A stretch of 64,000 bases of DNA from Bacillota bacterium (lineage in GTDB: Bacteria; Bacillota; Limnochordia; DTU080), in the NCBI GenBank assembly GCA_012838035.1, contig DUQB01000028.1, positions 52 to 64,051 of the forward strand, given 5' to 3'. The position numbers and the translations under genes are program-made. Below the pieces are notes generated by a model, which saw nothing but the letters and a program-made list of their open reading frames with translations, was not told the DNA's origin and made no database searches. Within the stretch, counting starts at the first letter, position 1. Each line of letters begins with the position of its first letter. Below, in pieces: positions 1-9,900 of this stretch.

Positions 1-133
1 TTGCACTTAGGTCTAGCTCATCTACAATCTCATTAACGAACCGGGCTAAATGATCTTGGGGTAACCACTCATCAAGCGATGGCGGCATTAGGTAACACTG
101 GTTTGGTTGATAGGTACGATATTGTTTGCTCAT
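1..133 (-). mobile_element. 5-prime end of an IS5/IS1182-family (DUF772-type) transposase gene, truncated by the window edge
   Basis: Reverse complement of 1..133 starts with ATG (131-133) and reads MSKQYRTYQPNQCYLMPPSLDEWLPQDHLARFVNEIVDELDLSA, the characteristic N-terminal LPxDHxARF...VDxLDL motif of IS5/IS1182 transposases. It is too short for the ORF track. Confidence 0.55.
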
Positions 134-180
134 GCTGTTCTCTTACACGCGAACATGGTAAAGTCCTGCCGTAAATCCTA

Positions 181-999
181 TTACTCAGACACGCTGCTAG
201 AGACCAAACACGGGGTCTGTGCATACTCTTCCAGCACTGCGCGCACCTGTGAAACAACGTTGAGGTATTCCTGCGTCCGCCGGGTCAAACCGTCGCGTCT
301 CTTTCCCAAGGGGATGTCAAATGTAGCCAAAATTCGCGCCGGTCGGGCCGACAGGACTACCACCGTATCGGACAACAACACCGCTTCATCGATACTGTGA
401 GTAACAAACAACACTGTAGGATGATAATGAGTCTGAATGCGGAGTAGGTCCACTCCCAATTGCTCTCTGGTTAAGGCGTCCAATGCGGCAAACGGCTCAT
501 CCATCAGCAACAATCTAGGCGTTGTGATTAAAGCGCGACATATGGCGACCCGCTGTCGCATGCCGCCGGATAGTTCACGCGGATAACAATGTGCGAAATC
601 CGCCAAATTAACAAGCTCCAGAAGTTCCAGCGCTTGTTTTAGACTTTCGGGCGTCTGCGCCCTTTTGATCTGCAGCGGCAATAATATGTTGTCTAAAACG
701 GTACGCCACTCCAGTAATAGATCTCGCTGAAAGACGATCCCCATTTCATCGAGAGGCTCAGTAACCGCATGATCGTCAATCGTCAATGTACCGCCGGATA
801 CCGGCGTTAATCCGGCTACCATGTTCAATATGGTACTTTTACCGCAACCGCTTGGTCCTAAAAGAGAGACGAATTGTCCCGCCGCGACGTTTAAAGAGAC
901 ATCCTCTACGGCTTTTACCGTACCAGTACGGCTGTAGAAGGTTTTCTCCAAGTTTGTCATCCGGACGGCGGCGCCTAGCGAGCTATTAGAACGACTCAT
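181..999 (-). CDS. ABC transporter ATP-binding protein (nitrate/sulfonate/taurine NitT/TauT type)
   Basis: Walker A GPSGCGKST, ABC signature LSGGMRQRV and Walker B LLLMDEPF. The ATG at 999 overlaps the permease stop (ATGA coupling) and is preceded by a GGGGGTGGA ribosome-binding site (RBS); the track start at 1029 is probably an upstream extension. Confidence 0.85.
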   Translation of the reverse strand: MSRSNSSLGAAVRMTNLEKTFYSRTGTVKAVEDVSLNVAAGQFVSLLGPSGCGKSTILNMVAGLTPVSGGTLTIDDHAVTEPLDEMGIVFQRDLLLEWRTVLDNILLPLQIKRAQTPESLKQALELLELVNLADFAHCYPRELSGGMRQRVAICRALITTPRLLLMDEPFAALDALTREQLGVDLLRIQTHYHPTVLFVTHSIDEAVLLSDTVVVLSARPARILATFDIPLGKRRDGLTRRTQEYLNVVSQVRAVLEEYAQTPCLVSSSVSE

Positions 1000-1808
1000 A
1001 GATCCACCCCCACTGATGCGCGCTGCCACGCTTCAGGCTCCAGCTCGTTAGAGCGCTGCCAAAACACTACCCGATTCTCCAAGAATGCAATGAAGTAAAA
1101 GATGGCCAAGCCCATCAGCGAAAGAATGGCGATCGCTGCAAAAGCCAGCGGCGTCTGGAAGTTGGCATTCGCAGAAAGAATGAGATACCCCAGGCCTTCT
1201 TGAGAACCGACGAACTCCGCTACGATCGCTCCGACGACGGCTAACGTAGAAGCTACCTTCAATCCGCCGAAGATGCTGGGCAAAGCGACCGGCAACCGAA
1301 AGATCGCAAAAGTTTGCAGTTGCGTAGCTTTCATGGCTTTCGCCAGCAACAACATTTCGGGGGCGATGCTGCGCATGCCCACCACCGTATTCACCACTAT
1401 AGGGAAGAATGAGATCAGAAACGTCAACAGTACGATGGTTTGCATGCCAAAGCCCAACCACACTAAGAACAACGGGGCCAGCGCTACTTTAGGTACGGCC
1501 TGCGATATCACCAGCAATACATAGCTCACCTGTTCCAGCCAGGGAGAGTAAACGATGAGAATACCTATGGGAACACCTAATACCACACTGATGAGAAAAC
1601 CAATGACGATCTCATAGAAGGTAACCCAGGTATGTCGCAGCAACTCAGGCCCGAGGCGCAACGTCTCCTTAAACACCGCGCTCGGCGGCGGTACCAGATA
1701 CATGGGGATATCCAGTAACCGTACGAGAACTTCCCAGAGCACAAGGACGGCGATGATGGTTATGGTAACAAGAAGCGTTGTAGATAGTCGGCGTACAAGT
1801 TGTTTCAT
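996..1808 (-). CDS. ABC transporter permease (NitT/TauT family)
   Basis: Polytopic hydrophobic 270-aa protein with a binding-protein-dependent permease signature. It is coupled by 4-nt overlaps to both neighbouring genes. Confidence 0.8.
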   Translation of the reverse strand: MKQLVRRLSTTLLVTITIIAVLVLWEVLVRLLDIPMYLVPPPSAVFKETLRLGPELLRHTWVTFYEIVIGFLISVVLGVPIGILIVYSPWLEQVSYVLLVISQAVPKVALAPLFLVWLGFGMQTIVLLTFLISFFPIVVNTVVGMRSIAPEMLLLAKAMKATQLQTFAIFRLPVALPSIFGGLKVASTLAVVGAIVAEFVGSQEGLGYLILSANANFQTPLAFAAIAILSLMGLAIFYFIAFLENRVVFWQRSNELEPEAWQRASVGVDL

Positions 1809-2683
1809 AGAATATCACCAATTAGCAGCCGGCGCGGGTTCTCACTACCCATGCAGGCTATATCCGTCAAGGACAATCCCTCATCTTGCAGAGCCGTAAT
1901 GAACCTACACCATGCCTGGGGTAGCGGATCACACACTACTTGACCACCATCGCTGGAAATGATCGTCTTTTCCGGACCAACCGCTTTGATCGCCTCTACG
2001 TATTGCTTGATGGAAACTCCATCGACCTGGGCCACAAACCAGCTATGTTCTATATACACGCCGGGTAAATTCGCCAAGGCGACTTGATCGTCAATGCTCA
2101 GCCCATGTGGTGGAAAAAAGGCATGAGTGACCACAATACGTCTTACGCCTACTTCTACTGCGCGTTGCACCAAGGCAAAAATCTCACCGCGCCCCAAATG
2201 GCCGGTACCAAGCACAAGATCGCTTGCGGCAATCTCCTTCAGCACGGTTTCCACATCAGCCGTCAGTCTACCGTCCGCATCTAAAACGGAAATGCCTCTC
2301 GCTTCAGACTGCTGCTTGGCATACTGAACAGGTACGCCCCAAGCTTCATCCAAATCACGGCCATAGTAAGTCAAATGTGTTTTTGCCGACAACGTAGGCA
2401 TCCACACCATAAACCTATAACGCGAAGGATGAGGCTGCATGGTATCGTTGCGCATGCCGCTAATCGCATTGCGCAGCGCATCCGGGTGGATGCCGCCGCA
2501 AAACGAGTTCAGCGTAACGCTGCCTGTTAATACATCCGAGGTTGCTGCGCCGGAGACCAAGTATGTTGTGGGAATAAAGTGATGTTTGACGACCGCGCCC
2601 ATCTGATGCTCGCGGAGTTCTTTAGCCAATCGATCTGCGGTGTAGCGGCGCGGTACGATTTCGGGACCGATATGCACATGCAT
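1805..2683 (-). CDS. TIM-barrel metal-dependent hydrolase (amidohydrolase-2-like) encoded inside the ABC uptake operon
   Basis: The N-terminal MHVHIGPE motif resembles the HxH metal-binding start of the amidohydrolase superfamily. The substrate is unknown. Confidence 0.45.
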   Translation of the reverse strand: MHVHIGPEIVPRRYTADRLAKELREHQMGAVVKHHFIPTTYLVSGAATSDVLTGSVTLNSFCGGIHPDALRNAISGMRNDTMQPHPSRYRFMVWMPTLSAKTHLTYYGRDLDEAWGVPVQYAKQQSEARGISVLDADGRLTADVETVLKEIAASDLVLGTGHLGRGEIFALVQRAVEVGVRRIVVTHAFFPPHGLSIDDQVALANLPGVYIEHSWFVAQVDGVSIKQYVEAIKAVGPEKTIISSDGGQVVCDPLPQAWCRFITALQDEGLSLTDIACMGSENPRRLLIGDIL

Positions 2684-2800
2684 ATCATAAATCTTAAGGT
2701 TCTTTAATTGCTCAACGGGAAACAGTCATCTCACCTCAATAAGTAACGCTTCAAAGAGGTGCGCGCTTTAGTGTTCCAAAGCGCGCACCGAAGGGATGCC

Positions 2801-3799
2801 TTACTTTGTTATGAACTCGTTGGTGTAGTATTTCGACATATCAGCATCACGTTGCTGCAACATCCCGGACGCTTCTAAGATGTCCAGAGTCTGTAGCCAG
2901 TCTTCTTCACTCATCCAACCGACCGGCATATCCTTAGTATACTCGGTTGACATCAGTGAGGTAAAGCCTTCAACCATCTTAGTGATGGAATCGACGTCGA
3001 GTTCGGGGAAACGCTTTACATAGCTTTCAGCTGCTGCTCGAGGATTCTCGCGAGCTGCTTCCCAACCGCGCACCGTAGCCCGAGTAAACTTGGCGACAAG
3101 TTCAGGGTTCTTTTTCAACGTATTGTTATTGACTACCAATCCCGAACTCAAGGTTTGTACGCCGTAATCTGCGTAATACAAGATGGTCGGAGGCTCTCCC
3201 AGAGCTTCTTCCATAATGGTGTACGCGGTAGGAGCATAGTTGCCTACCCCATCGGCCTTTTCGTTCAATACTAAGTTGATACTGGCGGTAGCCTCTGCTG
3301 ATAGCACCGTAACGGCGCCCTCCAAGTCGTTTAATGCTAAGAATACGGGAAACATCTGCGCCTGACCCGAATCGGGCGGCATAACGATCTGTTTACCGCG
3401 CAGGCTTTCAGGCGTGGTCATGCCACTGTTGGGACGAGAGAGAATTGCCACGGGACTCTTTTGGACCAACCCCGCCACCATAGTGACAGGTACGCCGGCT
3501 CCAATCGATTGCGCCATGGCGGCAGCATCGGCTACGCCAAATGTATTAGTGCCGTTTCCTACCAGCTTTACCGCCTGACCTGAGCCTTTACCTTCCAGGA
3601 TTTCTACGGTCAGGCCTTCATCCGCATAATAGCCGAGATCCTCTGCCAAATAGTGCGGAGCATTCAGTCCGGTCGCGAACCAGGACAGGACAATACTCAC
3701 TTTCTGAGGTTCCTGCTTTCTGTTGACCAATGCCAGGGTTACCACCAGCACTACGGCAAGCAGTAGCCCCACGACAACCAAGCGCTTCTTGCGATCCAT
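2801..3799 (-). CDS. ABC transporter substrate-binding protein, NMT1/THI5-like (SsuA/TauA/ThiY family)
   Basis: N-terminal membrane anchor or signal (LVVVGLLLAVVLVVTLALV) followed by a periplasmic binding-protein fold. It is the first gene of the SBP-hydrolase-permease-ATPase operon. Confidence 0.75.
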   Translation of the reverse strand: MDRKKRLVVVGLLLAVVLVVTLALVNRKQEPQKVSIVLSWFATGLNAPHYLAEDLGYYADEGLTVEILEGKGSGQAVKLVGNGTNTFGVADAAAMAQSIGAGVPVTMVAGLVQKSPVAILSRPNSGMTTPESLRGKQIVMPPDSGQAQMFPVFLALNDLEGAVTVLSAEATASINLVLNEKADGVGNYAPTAYTIMEEALGEPPTILYYADYGVQTLSSGLVVNNNTLKKNPELVAKFTRATVRGWEAARENPRAAAESYVKRFPELDVDSITKMVEGFTSLMSTEYTKDMPVGWMSEEDWLQTLDILEASGMLQQRDADMSKYYTNEFITK

Positions 3800-3955
3800 G
3801 TCGACACGCTCCTCGCCTCGGATTTGTAGAGTAAGAATAATTGCGTTCCCGGAATTTCCAGGCTATTCAAAAGTCCGTCTTATGACCCTACCTGCAAATT
3901 GTAACACGAAGTGACGTCTTTGTAGCGTCAAAACTTCACATTACCACATATTAAA

Positions 3956-3979
3956 GGGCACCGGTGTTCGTCGGCGCCC
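3956..3979 (-). terminator. Possible intrinsic terminator downstream of the ADP-dependent kinase gene
   Basis: GGGCGCCG/CGGTGCCC hairpin (7/8 bp) followed on the minus strand by a T-rich TTTAATAT. Confidence 0.3.
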
Positions 3980-4015
3980 TCCTTGCACGCTTTTTTTGAA
4001 GTCTATTGCATAGCC

Positions 4016-5455
4016 TTATGCCGGGCTGCCGGCAACGAACGCTGATGCGGAGATGAGATCGCCGAGTCCCACCGTGAGCACCGGTTTAGGTACTACACGA
4101 GTAGGCAGATAAGTCACCTGCCAATCGTTCCATACGCCCATACCGGTAACGGCAAACTCAGGTTGACCTATAAACCGGGCGATATCTTCGCCGCGCCGTA
4201 GTCCGGCATCGGTGTAGGTAAAGTGAAGTCCCTCTTCGATTTCACTACGTGTGCCGACTTTACCCGTAGCCGTTCTGCTCGCCGCCAGCGTAGCCGCCAG
4301 CACGAGACCTTTGCGCGTGGTTGTTTGAGGAGCATACCCGGGTCTGGTAAAGGTGAGGTAATAACCCAGATCATGCAGTTGAATGCGCTGGAGGCCCGTA
4401 TGGCGCATCAGTCGGTCGAGCCCCTCCATGACGGCTGCAGCGCCTTCTTCTCGCTGTACGGCGACGGCTTCCCTATCTGCGCCCACATTGTACAGGATGG
4501 CGCCAAGCTCTACTTCGTTGAGCCCCAAGCTGTGTACCCGCGGCAAGATTTCATCCACAATACCCTTACGAATATTGGCGCTGGCAATACTGGCGAATTC
4601 GTAATGCAGGCGCAAAGCAGGATGCGTGTCGCGCAATTGGAGTAGGAAATCCGCTACGGGCTTCAGGTAGTCCGCATATGTGGTACCATCAGGATAATTC
4701 TCCGACAGAATATGGAAACCGGATACCACGAAGTGGCTGAACTGATCGGCGTTCTTGAGGAAGTTGCTCTTCCAAGTCGGATCGATTTGCAACTTGTTGT
4801 TTACCGGATTCCAAGCGGCGATAAAACGGTTGGAACGAGGTGTGGTGATTGTCCGGCCTTTAACGGTGATGCTATCGCCGGTGGTGTACTCCACAATCAT
4901 ATGTAGCGCCTTTACGCCTGCACCTTGCGCCGCCTCAGACGGCGAGTTCAACCGACCGTCCTCAGCCAACACCTTTAAGTTTGGGCTCTTAACAAACAGA
5001 TCCGCCAGCTCTTCCGTAAGCGGATGCGCATATACCATCAGTGGAAACCCCAGGCTTGCCAGCGAGTTCGCCATGTTGCCCGAGGTGCCGCCCATACGGG
5101 GAAAGTCGTAGCCGATATTGTTAAGCATCCAGTTGAAGGCGGATTCCTCTCGGACCATCAATTGTAAGGCTTTACCGCGGCTGAATGAACTGAATAAACC
5201 CATAATGAAATCCTTGGGGGTATGGATTTCGCTGGGCAGGCTCTCTCCTTGCGCGGCAGCCAAAGCGGCATCCGCCAATTCCGGGTCTGCTGCCAGAATG
5301 GCCTCTATCTGAGCCGGATCAATTCTTTTCAGACCATCAATCACCGAGTGGATTCCCACTACCACGCCGGGCACGCTTTGAATGGCCTTGAATCCATCCG
5401 GAAGCTCTTGTTGGTAAATATTATCCCACGTCTTGCGCAGCTCTGCCTTGTTCAT
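4016..5455 (-). CDS. ADP-dependent sugar kinase (ADP-GK/ADP-PFK family, ribokinase superfamily, PF04587-like)
   Basis: 479 aa. It has the GGTSGNMANSLASLG motif (family GG-N-x-MAN) and a C-terminal TVGLGDLISASAF motif (family GxGD-T/L-ISxxAF), and its length matches the archaeal/eukaryotic ADP-dependent kinases. Confidence 0.6.
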   Translation of the reverse strand: MNKAELRKTWDNIYQQELPDGFKAIQSVPGVVVGIHSVIDGLKRIDPAQIEAILAADPELADAALAAAQGESLPSEIHTPKDFIMGLFSSFSRGKALQLMVREESAFNWMLNNIGYDFPRMGGTSGNMANSLASLGFPLMVYAHPLTEELADLFVKSPNLKVLAEDGRLNSPSEAAQGAGVKALHMIVEYTTGDSITVKGRTITTPRSNRFIAAWNPVNNKLQIDPTWKSNFLKNADQFSHFVVSGFHILSENYPDGTTYADYLKPVADFLLQLRDTHPALRLHYEFASIASANIRKGIVDEILPRVHSLGLNEVELGAILYNVGADREAVAVQREEGAAAVMEGLDRLMRHTGLQRIQLHDLGYYLTFTRPGYAPQTTTRKGLVLAATLAASRTATGKVGTRSEIEEGLHFTYTDAGLRRGEDIARFIGQPEFAVTGMGVWNDWQVTYLPTRVVPKPVLTVGLGDLISASAFVAGSPA

Positions 5456-5660
5456 TGCTTCATTAGTCCTCCCTGGGGGGTGCTTCTTGGTTATGTGAGA
5501 TTGCAGGGAGGGCTGTCCGCCCGCCCATTGTCATATCCGGCTAATGATTAGCCTTTCTCACACTAACAGCTTGTCTCCCTATTGTCCAGGAATCCGACTT
5601 CCACATAAAAGCGCCATTCCCTGCTTGATTCGAATAACCTCCTTTGTGCGCGGTGGAAGT

Positions 5661-6020
5661 CTAGCGCCACCCATGAGGTTCCACCGTATCCGCATTCCGG
5701 TAGCTCAACTCCTCATCTTCCTGGGCTGTATCGACTCCCCACAACAACCGTCGCTTATTCCCCTTGTTGCGCCGGTATACCAACGGCCCCAAACGTAACA
5801 AAACTTTTTCATTTGCATCATCGGCTGTTGTGATGCCCAGGATGTTGTGCAGCAGACAGGTTCTGGTCATACCCTCGGCCAAAGTGATGGCGCCGGTCAT
5901 CGCCAATAGCGTCGTACCAGCGGTCCAGCGAGTTTTTCTACCAGCCCAAGTTAAAATAAATGCTCCGGCGGCAATTCGTAGCGTCGCGTCATAGGCGCCG
6001 ACATTTTGCAAAGCAACCAC
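5661..6020 (-). CDS. DUF2892 (YgaP-like) small membrane protein
   Basis: Two hydrophobic segments with a G-rich first helix and a ...TRTCLLHNILGITT motif resembling the CP(L)Y..LGI signature of DUF2892. Confidence 0.35.
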   Translation of the reverse strand: MVALQNVGAYDATLRIAAGAFILTWAGRKTRWTAGTTLLAMTGAITLAEGMTRTCLLHNILGITTADDANEKVLLRLGPLVYRRNKGNKRRLLWGVDTAQEDEELSYRNADTVEPHGWR

Positions 6021-6244
6021 TCCTTTCGTTTCACAGCAGGTGAGGACACCTATTAACTAGTGTTTCCTGCATGACCCAAATGATGCCATGAGCTACGCGG
6101 CGCTTAACTGCGTTTTACTATTACCGGATGAAGGACGATCACGAGTACTACGACAGATCTGCGTATGAGAGCGGATCTGCGGGAGATAAATTAAGGATCA
6201 GGCTTGTCATGCCCCAAAACAGACGCTATAGGACCTTTGACACT

Positions 6245-6296
6245 TTGACACCCTATATGTAGCGATCTTATAATGGGATTACACTATATATTGCGC
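6245..6296 (+). promoter_or_regulatory. Near-consensus sigma-A promoter (TTGACA-17/18-TATAAT) overlapped by two tandem NrdR boxes
   Basis: TTGACA at 6245-6250 and TATAAT at 6269-6274. Box 1 (ACACCCTATATGTAGC, about 6248-6263) and box 2 (ACACTATATATTGCGC, 6281-6296) sit 33 bp apart and match the NrdR consensus acaCwAtATaTwGtgt. Confidence 0.6.
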
Positions 6297-6349
6297 TACT
6301 CTGGCGTAGTTGGCCGTACGGTCCATATACCCGATTTGGAGGAAAAGCG

Positions 6350-6823
6350 ATGCGTTGCCCTTACTGCGGTGAACCCGATAGTCGAGTGCTGGAATCGCGT
6401 CAGGTTTCAGAAGGCGCCGTTATCCGTAGACGAAGAGGCTGTCCGAGTTGCGATGCACGTTTTACCACCTATGAACGCATCGAATCCATCCCGTTGCTTA
6501 TTGTTAAGAAAGATGGCCGAAGAGAAGAATTCGATCGCGGCAAGGTGTTACGCGGGTTAGTGGCGGCGTGTCAAAAACGTCCCATCACACTAGCCGTGTT
6601 AGAGGCGCTCGTAGATAGAATTGAAGCTACATTGCGCAATATGGGGGAGCAAGAGATACCCTCGCGCACAGTTGGTGAACTGGTTATGGATGGCCTAAAA
6701 GAGATCGATGAGGTCGCCTATGTGCGCTTTGCTTCGGTCTACAGACAGTTTGGCGACGTACAGCATTTCCTTACCGAACTCCAAAATCTGCTGCAACAGC
6801 AGAAAATTACCGACTGTGAATAA
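6350..6823 (+). CDS. nrdR: Transcriptional repressor NrdR
   Basis: MRCPYCG...CPSCDARFTTYERIE zinc ribbon plus ATP-cone, 157 aa, with a GGAGG RBS. Confidence 0.95.
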   Translation: MRCPYCGEPDSRVLESRQVSEGAVIRRRRGCPSCDARFTTYERIESIPLLIVKKDGRREEFDRGKVLRGLVAACQKRPITLAVLEALVDRIEATLRNMGEQEIPSRTVGELVMDGLKEIDEVAYVRFASVYRQFGDVQHFLTELQNLLQQQKITDCE

Positions 6824-6988
6824 AGGCCGATCAAAAGGTTGTTGCAGGACTCCACTACTCGGTTCCCGGATGGTTGTATACATGCTTTAGAGTGATCAGC
6901 CAGGACGCACCGTATTTGCTATGATCTTCTGTTTAATATCGCACTTATCCATACTTATGCGCTACTTATGCGCTCAAGGAGGAAGTCC

Positions 6989-9900
6989 ATGTTATCACAT
7001 CCCCCAAAAAGCTCAGCCGAAACCGCCGTTGATTATGTTGCTGATGACGATCGTGTTCAGCTCGAGGGCATATCTGAGTTAGTTTTTTTAGATAGATACG
7101 CCATGAAGGACCCGAAAAAAAGATTTGCCGTAGGTGATACCGTGGTCGTCCTTGTAAAAGAAGACCCCAAATTCCCACAGAAGGAAGTCGGCACGGTCAC
7201 CGCCATTGACGGCGATGCCGTCACTGTAGAGCTCAAAAGCACCGGAGAGCCGTTTACTCAAGATCGCAGGAAAGTGGACAAGCCCATCGAGCTTGAGCCT
7301 GCCGATATGTGGGATCGCATGGCTCAGGCCATAGTAGAAATCGAAGCGCCCGAAAAACGCGCAGAGCTCGTTAAGGAATTCCGGTGGCTGCTGGGCAACT
7401 TCCGGTTCAGCCCCGGCGGACGTATTAATACCATGCTGGGCACCGGGCAAAATCTGACCGCTTATAACTGCTATGTCATTCCGTTGAAATCCAACACCAA
7501 CAAAGGCACTGATTCGCGCCAAGCCATTGTCGACACTTTGGGTAACATGGTGGAGATCATGTCACGTGGCGGCGGCGTCGGCATCAATCTCTCGCCCCTA
7601 CGGCCGCGTCTATCGTATGTAAGTGGAGTAAACGGCCGGAGCAGCGGTTCAGTAAGCTGGGGCGCCCTGTTTAGCTTCGCCACCGGATTGGTTGAACAGG
7701 GCGGCAGTCGCCGCGGCGCCCTTATGCTGATTCTGGAAGACTGGCATCCGGATTTGTTGGAGTTCATCACGGCGAAACGTGATATGGACGCCATTACGAA
7801 CGCCAATACCTCGGTGGCGATCAGCCACGCCTTTATGCAGGCGGTGGCCGATGACGCCGATTGGGATTTGGTCTTCCCCGATACCACAGATCCGGAGTAC
7901 GACGCGCTTTGGGACGGCAACCTGCGCAAGTGGCGGGATGAACTGGGCAAGCCGGTCAAAACGTACCGTACGATGAAAGCGCGTCAACTGTGGGATACCA
8001 TTATGGAATCGGCCTGGATGAGCGCCGAACCCGGGGTTGTGTTCCTGGAACGCATGAACGAGTACTCAAATAGTTGGTATTTTGAGCAGCTGATCTCAAC
8101 CAACCCCTGCGTAACCGGGGATACGCTGCTATATACGGCGCAAGGCCTTAGGAGAGCGGATGACCTTTACTTCGCCGACACCTCGTTGACGGTCGCTACT
8201 GACTCACGTTTGTCGAGTGAGTCTTTCGTAGCGGCATCACCGGTGTTTGCTACCGGTATTAAGCCGGTTTATAGGCTAAATACCAATGAAGGATACAGTT
8301 TACGCCTTACTGCCGACCACCAGGTTCTTACCGAAAATAAAGGCTGGGTGGCAGCCCGGGACCTTGAGCCTGGCGATAAAATACTGGTACAAAATCGTGG
8401 TGGTTGTTTTGGTCAAAACGGGGATTTAGATACAGGCCGAGTGCTTGGCTGGTTAGTGGGCAGCCGCGCCACAAACTCACAGCAAGCCGTTATTTCGTAC
8501 GCTAAGGCAGCGCAAACAGAACGAGAACACGCCTTTGGCGCTGCACTACAAGGTGCGATGCAGTCGGTCAATGCCCACGGTTTAGGTGGAGCAGCAATTG
8601 ACTCCACCGGTGTTGTGACCGTTGCTGAAGGTGCCGCATCCGTAGAGCAGTCGGATAGAGTCCGTGAACTACGGGCTGAATACGATCTGTCAGGCGACAA
8701 GCCGCAGGTTCCCGAACACGTGTTTACCGGTACCAGTGACATGCAGATCGGGTTCTTACAAGCGCTGTTTAGCGCCGCAGGACATATCGAAACAAATGAC
8801 GATGACAGCTGTGCCGTTGCGGAAGCCGTGACTCTTCCATCGGTGAGTTTGGAGCTGCTCCGCGGCGTGCAACAGGTACTTCTCAACCACGGGATCTTTT
8901 GTCGCATTGATCAGGATCACCAAGCTGCCGGTGAAACGCCGCCAGATACTCACCTTGATAAGGCCCCCTTACCTGCCGTCCGACATCAGCTGCGTATAAC
9001 AGGTAAGGACCTGCTCAGGTTTTCTGAGGTCATCGGTTTCCTTACTTCGGGGAAGGCAAGTCGACTCGCCTCCTTGCCGACCTACGGCGGAGTCGAACCT
9101 CATGTGAGTGAGGAGCCGTTTTTAGCGGAATTTACTGATTTGGTACCCGACGGCGAAGAGATGGTCTATGACGTCACCGTGCCGACCACGCATGCATTTG
9201 CCGCCAACGGACTGGTTGTGCATAACTGCGCAGAGCAGCCCTTGCCGCCGTGGGGCGTTTGTAACTTAGGGCACATCAATCTCAGCCGTTTTGTCCATGG
9301 TTCAATTGGAACGGCACAAGTAGACTGGGAATCCCTGCGGCGCGCCATCCATCTTGGCGTCCGTTTCCTAGATAACATTATCGACATTACGCCTTACTTC
9401 TTCCCACAGAACGAGGAAGTACAAAAGAGCGAGCGCCGTGTGGGCATGGGTACCATGGGCTTGGGCGAAATGCTGGTGCGCTTAGGCATCCGTTACGGCA
9501 GCCCGGAAAGCCTTACGTTTATTGATAAGCTCTATGGCTTTATCGCTGCTGAGGCATATAAGGCAAGCGCTTATTTAGCTAAAGAGAAAGGATCGTTCCC
9601 GAAGTGTGATGTAGAGAAGTATCTACAAAGCCGCTTTATTCAAGGCCTGCCCGATGACGTGCGCGCCTTGATTGCCGAACATGGCACCCGTAACGTCTGC
9701 GTACTCACACAGGCCCCTACCGGCAGCACCGGCACGATGATCGGCACCAGCACCGGTATCGAACCTTATTACTCCTGGACCTATTGGCGGAAAGGTCGCT
9801 TAGGAGTGAAGGAAGTACAGGAGCGCATTGTTGAAGAGTACTTTGCCGAGCATCCGGAAGTTGTACCGCAATTAGATGAACTGCCGCCGTACTTCGTAAC

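Noticed and set aside
3800-4015. Possible TPP riboswitch upstream of the NMT1/THI5-type ABC operon
   Set aside because: The minus-strand leader lacks the CTGAGA and ACCTGATC.GGTAATACC TPP motifs.
6824-6988. Possible cobalamin riboswitch ahead of the B12-dependent nrdJ
   Set aside because: No B12-box (GCCACTG-like) or conserved cobalamin-riboswitch core elements are visible. Regulation appears to be via NrdR boxes upstream of nrdR.
7057-7987. Several 60-160-aa minus-strand ORFs inside nrdJ
   Set aside because: They are antisense to a strongly supported CDS, with no motifs and no RBS.
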